DNA from: a virus
Virus record (IMG/VR): IMGVR_UViG_3300043548_000582
Location: 1-64,000 of that record
DNA length: 64,000 nucleotides
Direction: 5' to 3' (one strand)
Below, one piece after another: positions 18,905-28,501 of this stretch. The notes below the pieces were generated by a model. The model did no database searches. It was not told the origin of the DNA and was given only the letters and a program-made list of their open reading frames with translations. The position numbers and the translations under genes are program-made. Within the stretch, counting starts at the first letter, position 1; each line of letters opens with the position of its first letter.

Positions 18905-21490
18905 ATGTATCGAAACTGCGTTTACAACAACAGGGAGCAATGCGTCCATTTATTCACATGGGATTCCGATGGGAATAGAGTGAAATTTGATTTGGATTTC
19001 AATCCATATATTTTGATGGAGCATAAAGATGGTGAATTTGAAAGCATCTTCAATACAAAATTAAAGAAGAAAGAGTTCAACACACAATTCGATAGAAGTA
19101 AATTCATCAAAGAATCCAAACTCAGAAAGATCTTTGAAAATCTACCCGCCAATCAGCAGTTCCTGATTGATAACTATTGGATGACAAATACAGATCCTGA
19201 GTTCTCCAAGTTCCCTCTCAAGGTCATGTTCATAGACATCGAAACTTTCAGCAACAAAGGAAAGTTTCCAGACATTCAGAATCCTGAAGACGTAATCAAT
19301 TTGATTACCTGCTATGATGCGATCAACAACAGATATGTTTCATTTGGACTGAAACCATTTGATACCTCTCACATAAAGGATAAAAAAGTGAAATATATCC
19401 ACTGCAAGAGTGAAGAAATTCTACTGAAATCGTTTATTAAATTCTGGGAGATAGACTATCCTGATGTTGTTTCGGGTTGGAATTCGAGCGGATTCGACAT
19501 GCCGTATATTATAAATCGAATCGCCGTCGTTTTGGATGAAGAATGGCAGAAGAGATTGTCCCCGATTGGAAGAATATACGAAAAAGTCAAGAAGAAAGTC
19601 AAGTTTGGAGAACCTCCGATACAGATTGTAATTGAAGGTGTTTCATCGGTTGACTACAAGGTTCTTTATCAAAAGTTTAAATTAGACAAACAGGAATCAT
19701 ACAAGCTTGATTATATTGCAGAGGTTGAGCTAGGAGAGCAAAAGCTTGAATACGAAGGCCAACTGTGGCAACTTGCCCTGAATGATTGGAACACGTTTGT
19801 AGAATACAACATCAAAGACGTTGAGCTTCTTGTAAAGCTTGATGACAAGCTGCGATACATGAAGACTTTGAGATTCCTGTCCAATATCGGACTTACCAAT
19901 ATTGAAAAGGCCATCGACACAGTTCCTATTATGAATGGCGCATTGGCAGTTCAGGCTAGAAAAAGAAATCAGCACATCCCAACATTTGTCAGACCTTTGA
20001 AAGAAGGTAAAAATCCGGGTGCTTATGTAAGAGTTCCAAAAATCGGATTCAGTGAAAACATCGTCAGTTTCGATGCGAATTCTCTATATCCGAGTGTGAT
20101 GATTTCTCTCAATCTTTCACCTGAAACTAAAATTGGGAAGTGTGAAGAGATCGATGGATTATATAAGATCCATCATGTCAGTGGAACGACCTATGAATTA
20201 TCCAAGACAAACTTTGAAAAGTATGTCAATCAAGAAAGTATTTGTATAACAGAGTCCGGCTTTCTTTTTTCTCAGAAAAAGCGAGGTATCGTTCCCGAGT
20301 ATCTGGATTGGCTTTATACAGAGCGTAAAAAAATGCAAAAGCTGTATAAGGAATGTAAAAGCCGTTTGGAAAAGGGAGAAATGGCAGGTGATGAAGTTGA
20401 AAGATTGAAAGATGATATGAATAGATACGACTCTGTTCAGTATGCATACAAAATTAATCTCAACTCTCTGTATGGATATATGGGAAATGCATATGCTCCG
20501 ATGGGTGACGATGATATCGCATCTTCCGTTACTCTCACAGGACAATCGGTTATTAAAAAATCGGCTGATCTTTTCGTGGAGTCGATCTTGAAAAAAGATG
20601 CATCGATATCTGAAAAGGAAGCATTTGATTCAATCATATATGGCGACACGGACAGTATTTATGTCTCTCTGAAATGTCTGGAAAATCGGGGCGTTCCTTT
20701 GAGAGATGGGAAATCAATATCATCTGTTTTTTATGAGTGCTGCGATTACATTGAAAACTATTTGAATGATGGAATGTCGAAATGGGCGATTGAGTATTTG
20801 AAAAGCTCAGATCCAAGGTTTGTTTTCAAACGAGAAACGATATGCGATTCTGGTATCTTTTTAAAGAAAAAATATTACGTGTTGCATGTTATCGATGATG
20901 AAGGATTCGAAGCTGATAAATTCAAATACAAAGGCGTGTCTGTAGTTAAAACAACAATGCCGAAAAAACTAAAACCCTATCTTAAAGAGATTGTCGAAAC
21001 AATGATCGTTTCGAAAAATAAAAACATGACAGATGATCTGTTTAAGCAAGCATACGAGACGTTCAAGACACTCCCGATTGAAGTGATATCCAGATTGAGT
21101 GGTATCAATACCTTTGATAAGTATTCACAAAATTGTGATGGATTACAATCAATGGCGAGCGGTATGCAAGAACACATGCGTGCGGCTCATTACCATAATG
21201 AATTGCTGAAGATGCTATCAATAGAAGGCAAGTATCCAACTCTGAAACAGGGCGATAAAATACGATACGTTTCAGTTCAAAAGCCGAATAGATTCAACAT
21301 TGATACCATTGCATATGCTTCAAAATATCCACAGGAATTTTCAGATGTTTTCAAGATTGATTACGAGAAAATGTTCGAGAATCTGATGTACAGAAACATT
21401 GAATTTTTCTACAAAGCAGTTGGTTGGATTTTGAGGAAGCCGAATGAAAATCTAAAGACCGATCTTTTGGAATTTTTCGCAGAGGATTGA
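18905..21490 (+). CDS. gp43: Family B DNA polymerase gp43
   Basis: Exonuclease motifs DIET, GWNSSGFD, YNIKDV; polymerase motifs SFDANSLYPS, KINLNSLYG, YGDTDS; no intein visible. Confidence 0.97.
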   Translation: MYRNCVYNNREQCVHLFTWDSDGNRVKFDLDFNPYILMEHKDGEFESIFNTKLKKKEFNTQFDRSKFIKESKLRKIFENLPANQQFLIDNYWMTNTDPEFSKFPLKVMFIDIETFSNKGKFPDIQNPEDVINLITCYDAINNRYVSFGLKPFDTSHIKDKKVKYIHCKSEEILLKSFIKFWEIDYPDVVSGWNSSGFDMPYIINRIAVVLDEEWQKRLSPIGRIYEKVKKKVKFGEPPIQIVIEGVSSVDYKVLYQKFKLDKQESYKLDYIAEVELGEQKLEYEGQLWQLALNDWNTFVEYNIKDVELLVKLDDKLRYMKTLRFLSNIGLTNIEKAIDTVPIMNGALAVQARKRNQHIPTFVRPLKEGKNPGAYVRVPKIGFSENIVSFDANSLYPSVMISLNLSPETKIGKCEEIDGLYKIHHVSGTTYELSKTNFEKYVNQESICITESGFLFSQKKRGIVPEYLDWLYTERKKMQKLYKECKSRLEKGEMAGDEVERLKDDMNRYDSVQYAYKINLNSLYGYMGNAYAPMGDDDIASSVTLTGQSVIKKSADLFVESILKKDASISEKEAFDSIIYGDTDSIYVSLKCLENRGVPLRDGKSISSVFYECCDYIENYLNDGMSKWAIEYLKSSDPRFVFKRETICDSGIFLKKKYYVLHVIDDEGFEADKFKYKGVSVVKTTMPKKLKPYLKEIVETMIVSKNKNMTDDLFKQAYETFKTLPIEVISRLSGINTFDKYSQNCDGLQSMASGMQEHMRAAHYHNELLKMLSIEGKYPTLKQGDKIRYVSVQKPNRFNIDTIAYASKYPQEFSDVFKIDYEKMFENLMYRNIEFFYKAVGWILRKPNENLKTDLLEFFAED

Positions 21491-21519
21491 CATATTCTAA
21501 ACCGTGGCTAAATCGAAAT

Positions 21520-21771
21520 ATGACCTTGCAAGAAGCTTACAATAAAGGGCTTGATGACGCTGAAACAAACATCATCAGGCAAATAGCGTCACTGATCAGA
21601 AGTAATCAAATGGAAGAATTGCAAAATCCAAAACTGAAAGAACTTCAGGAAATCTTATCCGAGTGGGGTGATTATTTCCATACTCAAAGTAAATTGCTGA
21701 CCATGACAGGAAAGAAACACAAGAAAATGCTAGTCAGACACATTCAAAAACTTGACAATAACCAACTATAA
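21520..21771 (+). CDS. Hypothetical protein
   Basis: TTGACA-N16-TAAATC-N5-ATG supports the MTLQEAY start. Confidence 0.55.
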   Translation: MTLQEAYNKGLDDAETNIIRQIASLIRSNQMEELQNPKLKELQEILSEWGDYFHTQSKLLTMTGKKHKKMLVRHIQKLDNNQL

Positions 21772-21779
21772 TATACTAT
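21752..21779 (+). promoter_or_regulatory. Sigma70-type promoter TTGACA-N16-TACTAT
   Basis: Read directly. Confidence 0.55.
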
Positions 21780-21787
21780 AAAAACAT

Positions 21788-22135
21788 ATGAGTAAACAGC
21801 ATATCGCAATACAAGACCAAATCGGAAGAACCATCATTGGAATTCTCGACTCTGAAACCGAAACAACCGTAACAATTGAAAATCCAGTAGTGCTTCATCT
21901 GGAGCTTGAAGAAAACGGTCGGATTCAAGTGCAGACATTCCCAGTGTTCTTCTTCGAGCTTATCGATAAGGATCGTAGAGATACCAACAAGTGGACATAT
22001 TCGAAGTCAAATGTAACTCTGAGTGAAGTTATCCTTTCCGAAGATATCATCTCTCAATACAAGAGACTAAACAACCCAGTACCACAAGCACCAGTTCCAA
22101 ATTCACCAAAGGTTATTTCAATTGATGATCTATAA
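21788..22135 (+). CDS. Hypothetical protein, possible Sm-like fold
   Basis: beta-rich GRTIIG....ETTVTIENPVVL pattern. Confidence 0.55.
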   Translation: MSKQHIAIQDQIGRTIIGILDSETETTVTIENPVVLHLELEENGRIQVQTFPVFFFELIDKDRRDTNKWTYSKSNVTLSEVILSEDIISQYKRLNNPVPQAPVPNSPKVISIDDL

Positions 22136-22140
22136 AAAAT

Positions 22141-23271
22141 ATGGAAGATATTAAACAAAAAGATTTAGATTCCCTTTGGGAGAGTATATCTGATATCACT
22201 CCGTTTTCATCATATCTGAGTGAAAACAGAGTGACTGATGATGACTGGATTGATACAGGATCAATGGTTCTCAACGCGCTGATTTCTGGATCAATGTACA
22301 AGGGAATTCCGAAAGGAAGAGTAACACAATTCGCCGGTCCTTCCCAAACATACAAGACTGGTTTCGTTTTAAAGATTCTGGCAAATGCTCAGAAACGAGG
22401 AATGAACGTTGTCATCTATGATACAGAAGGCGCTATCGATGCGGATGCAGCCAAGTCCGCTGGATTGGACGACAAAAAAGTTCGATACATTAAAACGCAA
22501 ACTGCTGAAACCACTAGAAATTCTATCTTTAAACTCCTTACTAAGATCAAGGAGAATAAATGGGACGGTAAATTCATCATTGCAATCGATTCAATTGCAA
22601 ACCTTCAAAGTGAAATGGAATTGAATCGAATGGATAAGGAAAACACATCGGCTGATATGGGAACCTTTGCAAAAAGTGTCAAATCACTGCTTAAAACATG
22701 CACTGTAATGAGTACTTTAACAAATACTCCGATTGTAGTGACAAACCACGTTTATGATGATCCTAGTCAGATGTATCCAACTCTGGAAAAGAACATCGCT
22801 GGCGGAAAAGCAGCAGTGTATCTTCCTTCAGTAACCGTTCAGTTGGCTAGAAAGCCAATGAAAGATGATGGGGGAAAAACAATCGATGATACTAAAGCAG
22901 CCTCTCAAAAGAGTTTCACTGGTGTTGTTATAAGAGCACTCACTGTGAAGAATCGCTTCGTCAAGCAATATCTTGAAGGTGAGATGTTCCTGTCCTTCGC
23001 AAAGGGTCTCGATAAGTATTTCGGTCTGGTTGATATTATGAAGGGTGTTGGTGTTGTTGTTGCCAACGGTGCTACATACACAGACTGGAAAGGTGAAAAG
23101 CTTGGATTTTTCAAACAATGGAGAAAGAAACCGGAAGTTTGGGAATATCTGTTGCCAGAACTGGAAAAGAGAATAAAGAGTGAATGGGCTTATAGTAATA
23201 AGCTGAACGATGATGACCCGACAGAGGGTGAGCATGATGACTTCGAAGACGGAGAAGTCGAAGATGCATAA
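22141..23271 (+). CDS. uvsX: RecA-like recombinase UvsX
   Basis: IDTGSMVLNALISG, AGPSQTYKT, YDTEGA, IDSIANL, VTNHVY, GGKA. Confidence 0.92.
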   Translation: MEDIKQKDLDSLWESISDITPFSSYLSENRVTDDDWIDTGSMVLNALISGSMYKGIPKGRVTQFAGPSQTYKTGFVLKILANAQKRGMNVVIYDTEGAIDADAAKSAGLDDKKVRYIKTQTAETTRNSIFKLLTKIKENKWDGKFIIAIDSIANLQSEMELNRMDKENTSADMGTFAKSVKSLLKTCTVMSTLTNTPIVVTNHVYDDPSQMYPTLEKNIAGGKAAVYLPSVTVQLARKPMKDDGGKTIDDTKAASQKSFTGVVIRALTVKNRFVKQYLEGEMFLSFAKGLDKYFGLVDIMKGVGVVVANGATYTDWKGEKLGFFKQWRKKPEVWEYLLPELEKRIKSEWAYSNKLNDDDPTEGEHDDFEDGEVEDA

Positions 23272-23302
23272 AAAAGGGCGGGGTCAACCCCGCCCTTTTT
23301 TT
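23271..23302. terminator. Bidirectional intrinsic terminator
   Basis: AAAAA-GGGCGGGG-tcaa-CCCCGCCC-TTTTTTT between convergent genes. Confidence 0.9.
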
Positions 23303-25079
23303 ATTTTGTATTTCGCCAATGCCAGTAATTTAATGGCTTTGTTATATTTTTATTTTCGTAAACAACTGAACGTCCTTTGAATTTGCTATCTGCTTTGATT
23401 TGCGTGTCCATGTAATCCAGTGTGTAATCATATGATTCCTGAACAGGTGGTTGTTGCACGGGTTCAGCGCCCGCTTGCATCATTTCTTTATCTTGTCTGA
23501 CGAGAAGTTTATTCATTCTTTCTGTGATCATTTCTTGTATGGCCTTTAATTCCATTAGAATTACATTTTTAACAGCGTCTAACTTGCCTTGGTTTTCTGG
23601 TTTATTGAAAACTGCACGAACAACTGAGTTTTCAATACCCGGAATTATTGATTTATCAGGATCGATGTCAGCTTTACCCAACGAACTATTGGTCATACCT
23701 TCGTAAATACTTTCCAATACGATGGCTTCATTCGGGGCCGTTCCTAAAGATGCAATTTTATCAACAACTTTTGTTTTAAAATCATCCGCTGTAAATACTA
23801 ATCCCTTCGCTTCATATGAATCGTAATACTTATCCAAGAATGAGGTTATGAGATTATAACTAGACATCGTAATGTTGTTCACAGCTTCTCTTGGGAATTC
23901 AATGCTGGGTTCGATTGTTGATTTTATAGTCGGCTGTTTGGATGGATCATATGGTGTGTTTATGTGTTTTTTGACATCGACACCCCACACGCTGAGAATT
24001 GTGGAAAGATATTCATTCAGATCATATGATGATGTTTCTTCAATTTCATCTGCTACCGTTCCAGTGTCTTGATATTTTTTTAGAGTTGGTGAGATGGCCA
24101 TGGCATCTTTTCTCTTTGTTATAGTTTCTCTCTGGAGACGGTTTAAATGTTTCAACTCTTTGATAATTGGTTCGAGAGGAACTCGCATGGTGTTGTATTC
24201 GGATTTTGAAACACCAGCATTAGCGGTTGAGAAGATTCTGTCGGATGCAGTTGCCGAACTTGATCGGCTTCTGTCTGTTAATCTATAATGATCAAATATA
24301 TCAAGTGTCAAAGCCGCATCAAACGCTGGGCTTTGGATTACTTCGCGTCTTTTTAAGACTTCTGGATCAGTTGGATTTTTTATGAACAGTGTATTGAAAG
24401 CCGATTCAACTGCTCTTGTGTCTGTTTTCGGATCATCATTTACATACTTGACAATATCAAGCGGACCCATCAACGCGGCTTTTTTATTACCCGGATTTTC
24501 GAGCATATCGAAACGTTGTTGGATCAAATCATCCAATCTTCGTCCAGATGTGTATGTTTTTTTATTTGATATATTGTCTCCAATTTCAATCATTTGCTTT
24601 GTTACAGCCTTTGGCAATACAAGCGCTGCGAATTTATCACTTGATAGAGATTTGAAATCTGGGTAATATTTGCTATAAATAATAGATTCGATTAATTTTA
24701 TGGCAGAATCATAATGTGGATTTTCTTGAGAATTTGGAACCACATCTTCAAATGTGTCGATGTCGAATTTTTTGAAATCTTTATCCACATCTTTTAATAA
24801 ATTATCTACGAGTCTATTGATGACTGCACTTATTGATTGATTTGTGTATATGAATTCATTTGTCATGTCGTTGTAAACTCCAATGACAGTTTTTCTAAAT
24901 AAATTCGGCTTGGATGATGAACTTCCGCGAAGAGTTGGATCTAAATCTCCTAATTGCGGGCTTAATTGTGTAAATTTAGCATTTAATGGCCCGTATGCGG
25001 TTGCTGGTCTAGCCATTTCTTGCAATTCTTGCAAATCGCTTATGCATTCTAATAAATAATCAAATTTGATCTTCTCCAT
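23301..25079 (-). CDS. Large hypothetical late protein, probably head-internal
   Basis: TAAATA-N5-ATG; leader FDYLLE...LQEMARP; further xxE sites near the C-terminus. Confidence 0.6.
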   Translation of the reverse strand: MEKIKFDYLLECISDLQELQEMARPATAYGPLNAKFTQLSPQLGDLDPTLRGSSSSKPNLFRKTVIGVYNDMTNEFIYTNQSISAVINRLVDNLLKDVDKDFKKFDIDTFEDVVPNSQENPHYDSAIKLIESIIYSKYYPDFKSLSSDKFAALVLPKAVTKQMIEIGDNISNKKTYTSGRRLDDLIQQRFDMLENPGNKKAALMGPLDIVKYVNDDPKTDTRAVESAFNTLFIKNPTDPEVLKRREVIQSPAFDAALTLDIFDHYRLTDRSRSSSATASDRIFSTANAGVSKSEYNTMRVPLEPIIKELKHLNRLQRETITKRKDAMAISPTLKKYQDTGTVADEIEETSSYDLNEYLSTILSVWGVDVKKHINTPYDPSKQPTIKSTIEPSIEFPREAVNNITMSSYNLITSFLDKYYDSYEAKGLVFTADDFKTKVVDKIASLGTAPNEAIVLESIYEGMTNSSLGKADIDPDKSIIPGIENSVVRAVFNKPENQGKLDAVKNVILMELKAIQEMITERMNKLLVRQDKEMMQAGAEPVQQPPVQESYDYTLDYMDTQIKADSKFKGRSVVYENKNITKPLNYWHWRNTK

Positions 25080-25094
25080 GGATGTATTTAACCG

Positions 25095-25122
25095 TTGACA
25101 ACGCAAAAAAGGATGTTACCCT
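25095..25122 (+). promoter_or_regulatory. Sigma70-type promoter TTGACA-N16-TACCCT with extended -10 TG, 5 nt before ATG
   Basis: Read directly. Confidence 0.55.
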
Positions 25123-25127
25123 CCCGT

Positions 25128-25799
25128 ATGGGGAATAAAAAAATCGCTTTTTTCTCAGCAACTCAAAAAAACACAGCCGCTGAGACTTCACTTTTGAAAA
25201 GCACGCTGAATTTCGACATGGATGTGGATATCGCGTTTGCTTTGAGCAACACCGAACATCTCGCTGTGGTCTATAATAGAGCGATAGACGCCGCTCTTAA
25301 AGAAGATTGGGATGCTTTGGCATTTGTTCACGACGACGTTATTCTGGAACACGATCCAAGACCCAAATTATCGAAACTTTTCGACGAATACGATATGATT
25401 GGTGTTGCTGGAACATCTTCAATCGAGCTAAAATCTCCAGCGTTGTGGCATTTGATGGGTGGTGGCTTCGGTTCTGGTAAACTACATGGCGCTGTTGCTC
25501 ATGGAGACGAAAAACGGAAACACATGACATCATTTGGAGTGTACCCTCATCGTGTTGTCATGATTGATGGTGTATTTATTGCTATGAATAGAACTCTGAT
25601 GGAAAAACTAAGATTCGATGAAACCAATCCGTCCAAGTACCATTTTTACGACCTTGACATATCCTCTGCTGCCCATAAGATGGGTTGCCGAGTAGGAGTC
25701 GGTGACATCCACATCACACACCAATCAGAGGGATTGCGTGAATTCACTGATGATTGGAAAGCTGGCGAAAGTTGGTTCCTTAAAAAATATGAATCTTGA
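25128..25799 (+). CDS. GT2-like glycosyltransferase (Glyco_tranf_2_5-type)
   Basis: YNRAID, FVHDDV, IGVAG, IDGVFIA, FDE...HFYDLDIS, ITHQS.G. Confidence 0.8.
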   Translation: MGNKKIAFFSATQKNTAAETSLLKSTLNFDMDVDIAFALSNTEHLAVVYNRAIDAALKEDWDALAFVHDDVILEHDPRPKLSKLFDEYDMIGVAGTSSIELKSPALWHLMGGGFGSGKLHGAVAHGDEKRKHMTSFGVYPHRVVMIDGVFIAMNRTLMEKLRFDETNPSKYHFYDLDISSAAHKMGCRVGVGDIHITHQSEGLREFTDDWKAGESWFLKKYES

Positions 25800-27105
25800 T
25801 TTAGAATACTTTGAAAAAGTTATCGCCCGCCAATCGATGGTGGATTCGTCTTATTTGAACGCAATTGCTGATTATGTAAAGCCCGAATTCTTCGAAGACA
25901 AACGTATCGCCAAATATTTCGAAATTGTCAAGGATTTCCACGACAGGAGAAATGAACTTCCGACTATAACGGAAATAAAAACTTATCTAACTGATGATTC
26001 CTTGAAAGAAGGATTTAGACAGTTGGTGGCATCGTTCAAAGAAATCGACAAAAATCTCAATAAGGATGAACTGTATGAAAATACAGAACGCTTTCTGAAA
26101 GAAAAGAGTGTGTATAATACTCTTCTGAAAGTTGCATCTGAATTGTCCGAAGGAATTGTCGATACTTCGAAAATCCTAACACAATTTGAAAGCTCATGTA
26201 ATATAAACTTGATATCCGACAAAGGTATGGAGTTGTTCTGCGATGCTTCGTTGTTAATCGATGACATCTTGAATGTTGAATCATGCATATCGTCTGGTTG
26301 GGAATGGTTGGATAATGCGTTGGGAGGCGGATACAGGGAAAATGGTAAGGGGCTGTATGTATACGCTGGTCAGGCAAACATCGGCAAGAGTATTTTCTTG
26401 GGTAATACGGCTATCAACATAGCAAAGCAGAATAAGTCTGTTTTGGTCATTACTCTTGAGATGAGCGAAATGCTTTATGCCAAGAGAATGTCGTCGAATC
26501 TTACTTCAATTCCTTTGAATCAATTCGAAAGCTCAACTGATTCAATCAGAAGCATTCTAGCCAAACGAAAGAGGGAAATACCAGACGGTAAGATCTTCAT
26601 CAAAGAATTTCCGCCAAGCACGATAACACCAAAGCAATTGGCGGCGTTTGTTAAGAAGTTTAAAGAGAGCGGCGAGCGTGTAGATGCGATAGTGATCGAT
26701 TACATCAACCTATTGCATTCAACCATCGGATCTAATTCATACGAGCGTGTGAAATACATATGCGAGCAAGTTAGAGCGATGAGTTATCAATTTGCTTGCC
26801 CTATAATTTCAGCAACTCAGCTCAATAGATCTGCCTACAATACAAACAATCCCGGAATGGAAGGATTGTCAGAATCGATTGGTCTTGCTGCTACAGCCGA
26901 TGTTATTATATCCATCTTCCAAAACGAAGAAGATCAGGATATGAATATCATCAGACTTGGTATGATGAAAAATCGATATGGTCCAAGAGGAATGGTTCAA
27001 CTGATGAAAATCAATTATGATACTTTAACAATTGAACAAAGTGACGAAGACTGCACAATTCACGAAGATGAGAATATTTCATTACTTGAAAAATTTGCAA
27101 ATTAG
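25789..27105 (+). CDS. gp41: Replicative DnaB-like helicase gp41
   Basis: GQANIGKS, ITLEMSE, IKEFPP, IDYINLL, SATQLNRS, SESIGL..TAD, KNRYG. Confidence 0.93.
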   Translation: MNLDLEYFEKVIARQSMVDSSYLNAIADYVKPEFFEDKRIAKYFEIVKDFHDRRNELPTITEIKTYLTDDSLKEGFRQLVASFKEIDKNLNKDELYENTERFLKEKSVYNTLLKVASELSEGIVDTSKILTQFESSCNINLISDKGMELFCDASLLIDDILNVESCISSGWEWLDNALGGGYRENGKGLYVYAGQANIGKSIFLGNTAINIAKQNKSVLVITLEMSEMLYAKRMSSNLTSIPLNQFESSTDSIRSILAKRKREIPDGKIFIKEFPPSTITPKQLAAFVKKFKESGERVDAIVIDYINLLHSTIGSNSYERVKYICEQVRAMSYQFACPIISATQLNRSAYNTNNPGMEGLSESIGLAATADVIISIFQNEEDQDMNIIRLGMMKNRYGPRGMVQLMKINYDTLTIEQSDEDCTIHEDENISLLEKFAN

Positions 27106-27120
27106 ATTAAATTGTGTTAG

Positions 27121-27972
27121 ATGAACGTTTTTGTATGGGTAAATTCCGACTTGGATGGAGTGGGATCAACAGTATTACTTGGGAATATATTTAAAAATTT
27201 TGAATACAGACCTATATTCTTTGGCAATTTCGAAAAAGAATATCTGGAATGGTATGATGATAATTTCCAAAAATATGATAAGATATTCGTAGTTGGAATT
27301 CCATTATCTCAAGATATCGTCAACAAACTGGATGATAAGAAAGTCGTATTTGTATCAGACAAACTTGAAACAGTGAAAGTCGGAGAATCGACATTGATAC
27401 AAGAAGACACATCATCGTGTTCTAAATTGCTATACAAAAAGTTCAGTAAAAAATTCGAATTTCCGAAACCTTTGAAACTTTTGATAACGATTATAGATGA
27501 TTATAATAGTTACAATTTAAAGCTTTCGGAAAGTAAAATAATGAATGCTTTGTATAGAAGAAGCGGATCTAGACGGTTTTACAATTTTGTCAACAATTTC
27601 TGGAATGGATTTGAGCAATTCTCAGATAGTGAATTGAAAATATCCGAGTCATTTTATAAAGATCTCCAAACGGAATTGGAAAATTTAGACCTTTACAAAG
27701 GTACATATCGAGGACATTCAATCATAGCCACATTCTCATCTTTCAGCGCGTCGGAGGTCGCAGCATCTTTGTTGGACAACTACAATCCTGATGTAGCGAT
27801 TGTTGTGAATCTAGATACCAAATTTGTTTCTTTTAGAAAGAAAGCAGGATCACCAGCCGATATTATATTCATGGCTCAAAATTTATGCAACGGTGGTGGT
27901 AGTGAGTATTCATCGGGTGGTCAGTTGACATCGAAATTTTTAGAACTAACAACCCAATTATCTCCACTATGA
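27121..27972 (+). CDS. DHH/DHHA1-fold protein with degenerate catalytic motifs
   Basis: SDLDGVGS motif and VSFR...GGG..SSGG are present; the expected DHH triad reads SDK and GGGH reads GGGS. Confidence 0.7.
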   Translation: MNVFVWVNSDLDGVGSTVLLGNIFKNFEYRPIFFGNFEKEYLEWYDDNFQKYDKIFVVGIPLSQDIVNKLDDKKVVFVSDKLETVKVGESTLIQEDTSSCSKLLYKKFSKKFEFPKPLKLLITIIDDYNSYNLKLSESKIMNALYRRSGSRRFYNFVNNFWNGFEQFSDSELKISESFYKDLQTELENLDLYKGTYRGHSIIATFSSFSASEVAASLLDNYNPDVAIVVNLDTKFVSFRKKAGSPADIIFMAQNLCNGGGSEYSSGGQLTSKFLELTTQLSPL

Positions 27973-28268
27973 ACGCAGATCCATCCAACAGTATGATAGA
28001 AAATGAACAATGGCATTTGTTTTTATGCTATTGCACATTTATAGTAAACATTCAAGGTAAGAAAATGTCTGTGCAGAATGTTTTCGTACATACGCTACAA
28101 AATGATAAAATGCGAAACTTATTGAAAAAATTACTGTGCATGGACACTGACTTCGATGTTGTTAAAATGTTTTTGGATTTTGATCCCAGCCTTGTCAAGA
28201 GCAAGTATGTGACCAAATATCTAAATAATCGAACTAAAACTTCGAAAAAAGTTGGGAAAACATCTTGA
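27969..28268 (+). CDS. Hypothetical protein
   Basis: 99-aa ORF with ATGA overlap. Confidence 0.6.
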   Translation: MNADPSNSMIENEQWHLFLCYCTFIVNIQGKKMSVQNVFVHTLQNDKMRNLLKKLLCMDTDFDVVKMFLDFDPSLVKSKYVTKYLNNRTKTSKKVGKTS

Positions 28269-28317
28269 CTTATCGAGTTTTTGGATTAAATTAAATGGGT
28301 AAGAAGAATCTGACCGA

Positions 28318-28497
28318 ATGAAAACTCTAATATACTTTATTTTGATTTTGATACTACTGAAAGTGTTAAAATTGATTGAATTAAGTTGGTTTTGGATTTT
28401 GGCTCCGGTATTTTTACCAGTCTCCATCGTATCGGCACTTTGTCTAATTGCCGCTATTTGGACGACAATTCGCATATATAAACTAATAAAAGAATAA
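28318..28497 (+). CDS. Small two-TM membrane protein (59 aa, missing from the ORF track)
   Basis: Hand translation MKTLIYFILILILLKVLKLIELSWFWILAPVFLPVSIVSALCLIAAIWTTIRIYKLIKE; LK...I..SW.W.LAP is a common small phage membrane family. Confidence 0.7.
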   Translation: MKTLIYFILILILLKVLKLIELSWFWILAPVFLPVSIVSALCLIAAIWTTIRIYKLIKE

Positions 28498-28501
28498 AAA
28501 A

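Noticed and set aside
18905-27105. Inteins or introns in gp43, uvsX or gp41
   Set aside because: Lengths are normal, motifs are contiguous, and no intein splice motifs were seen.
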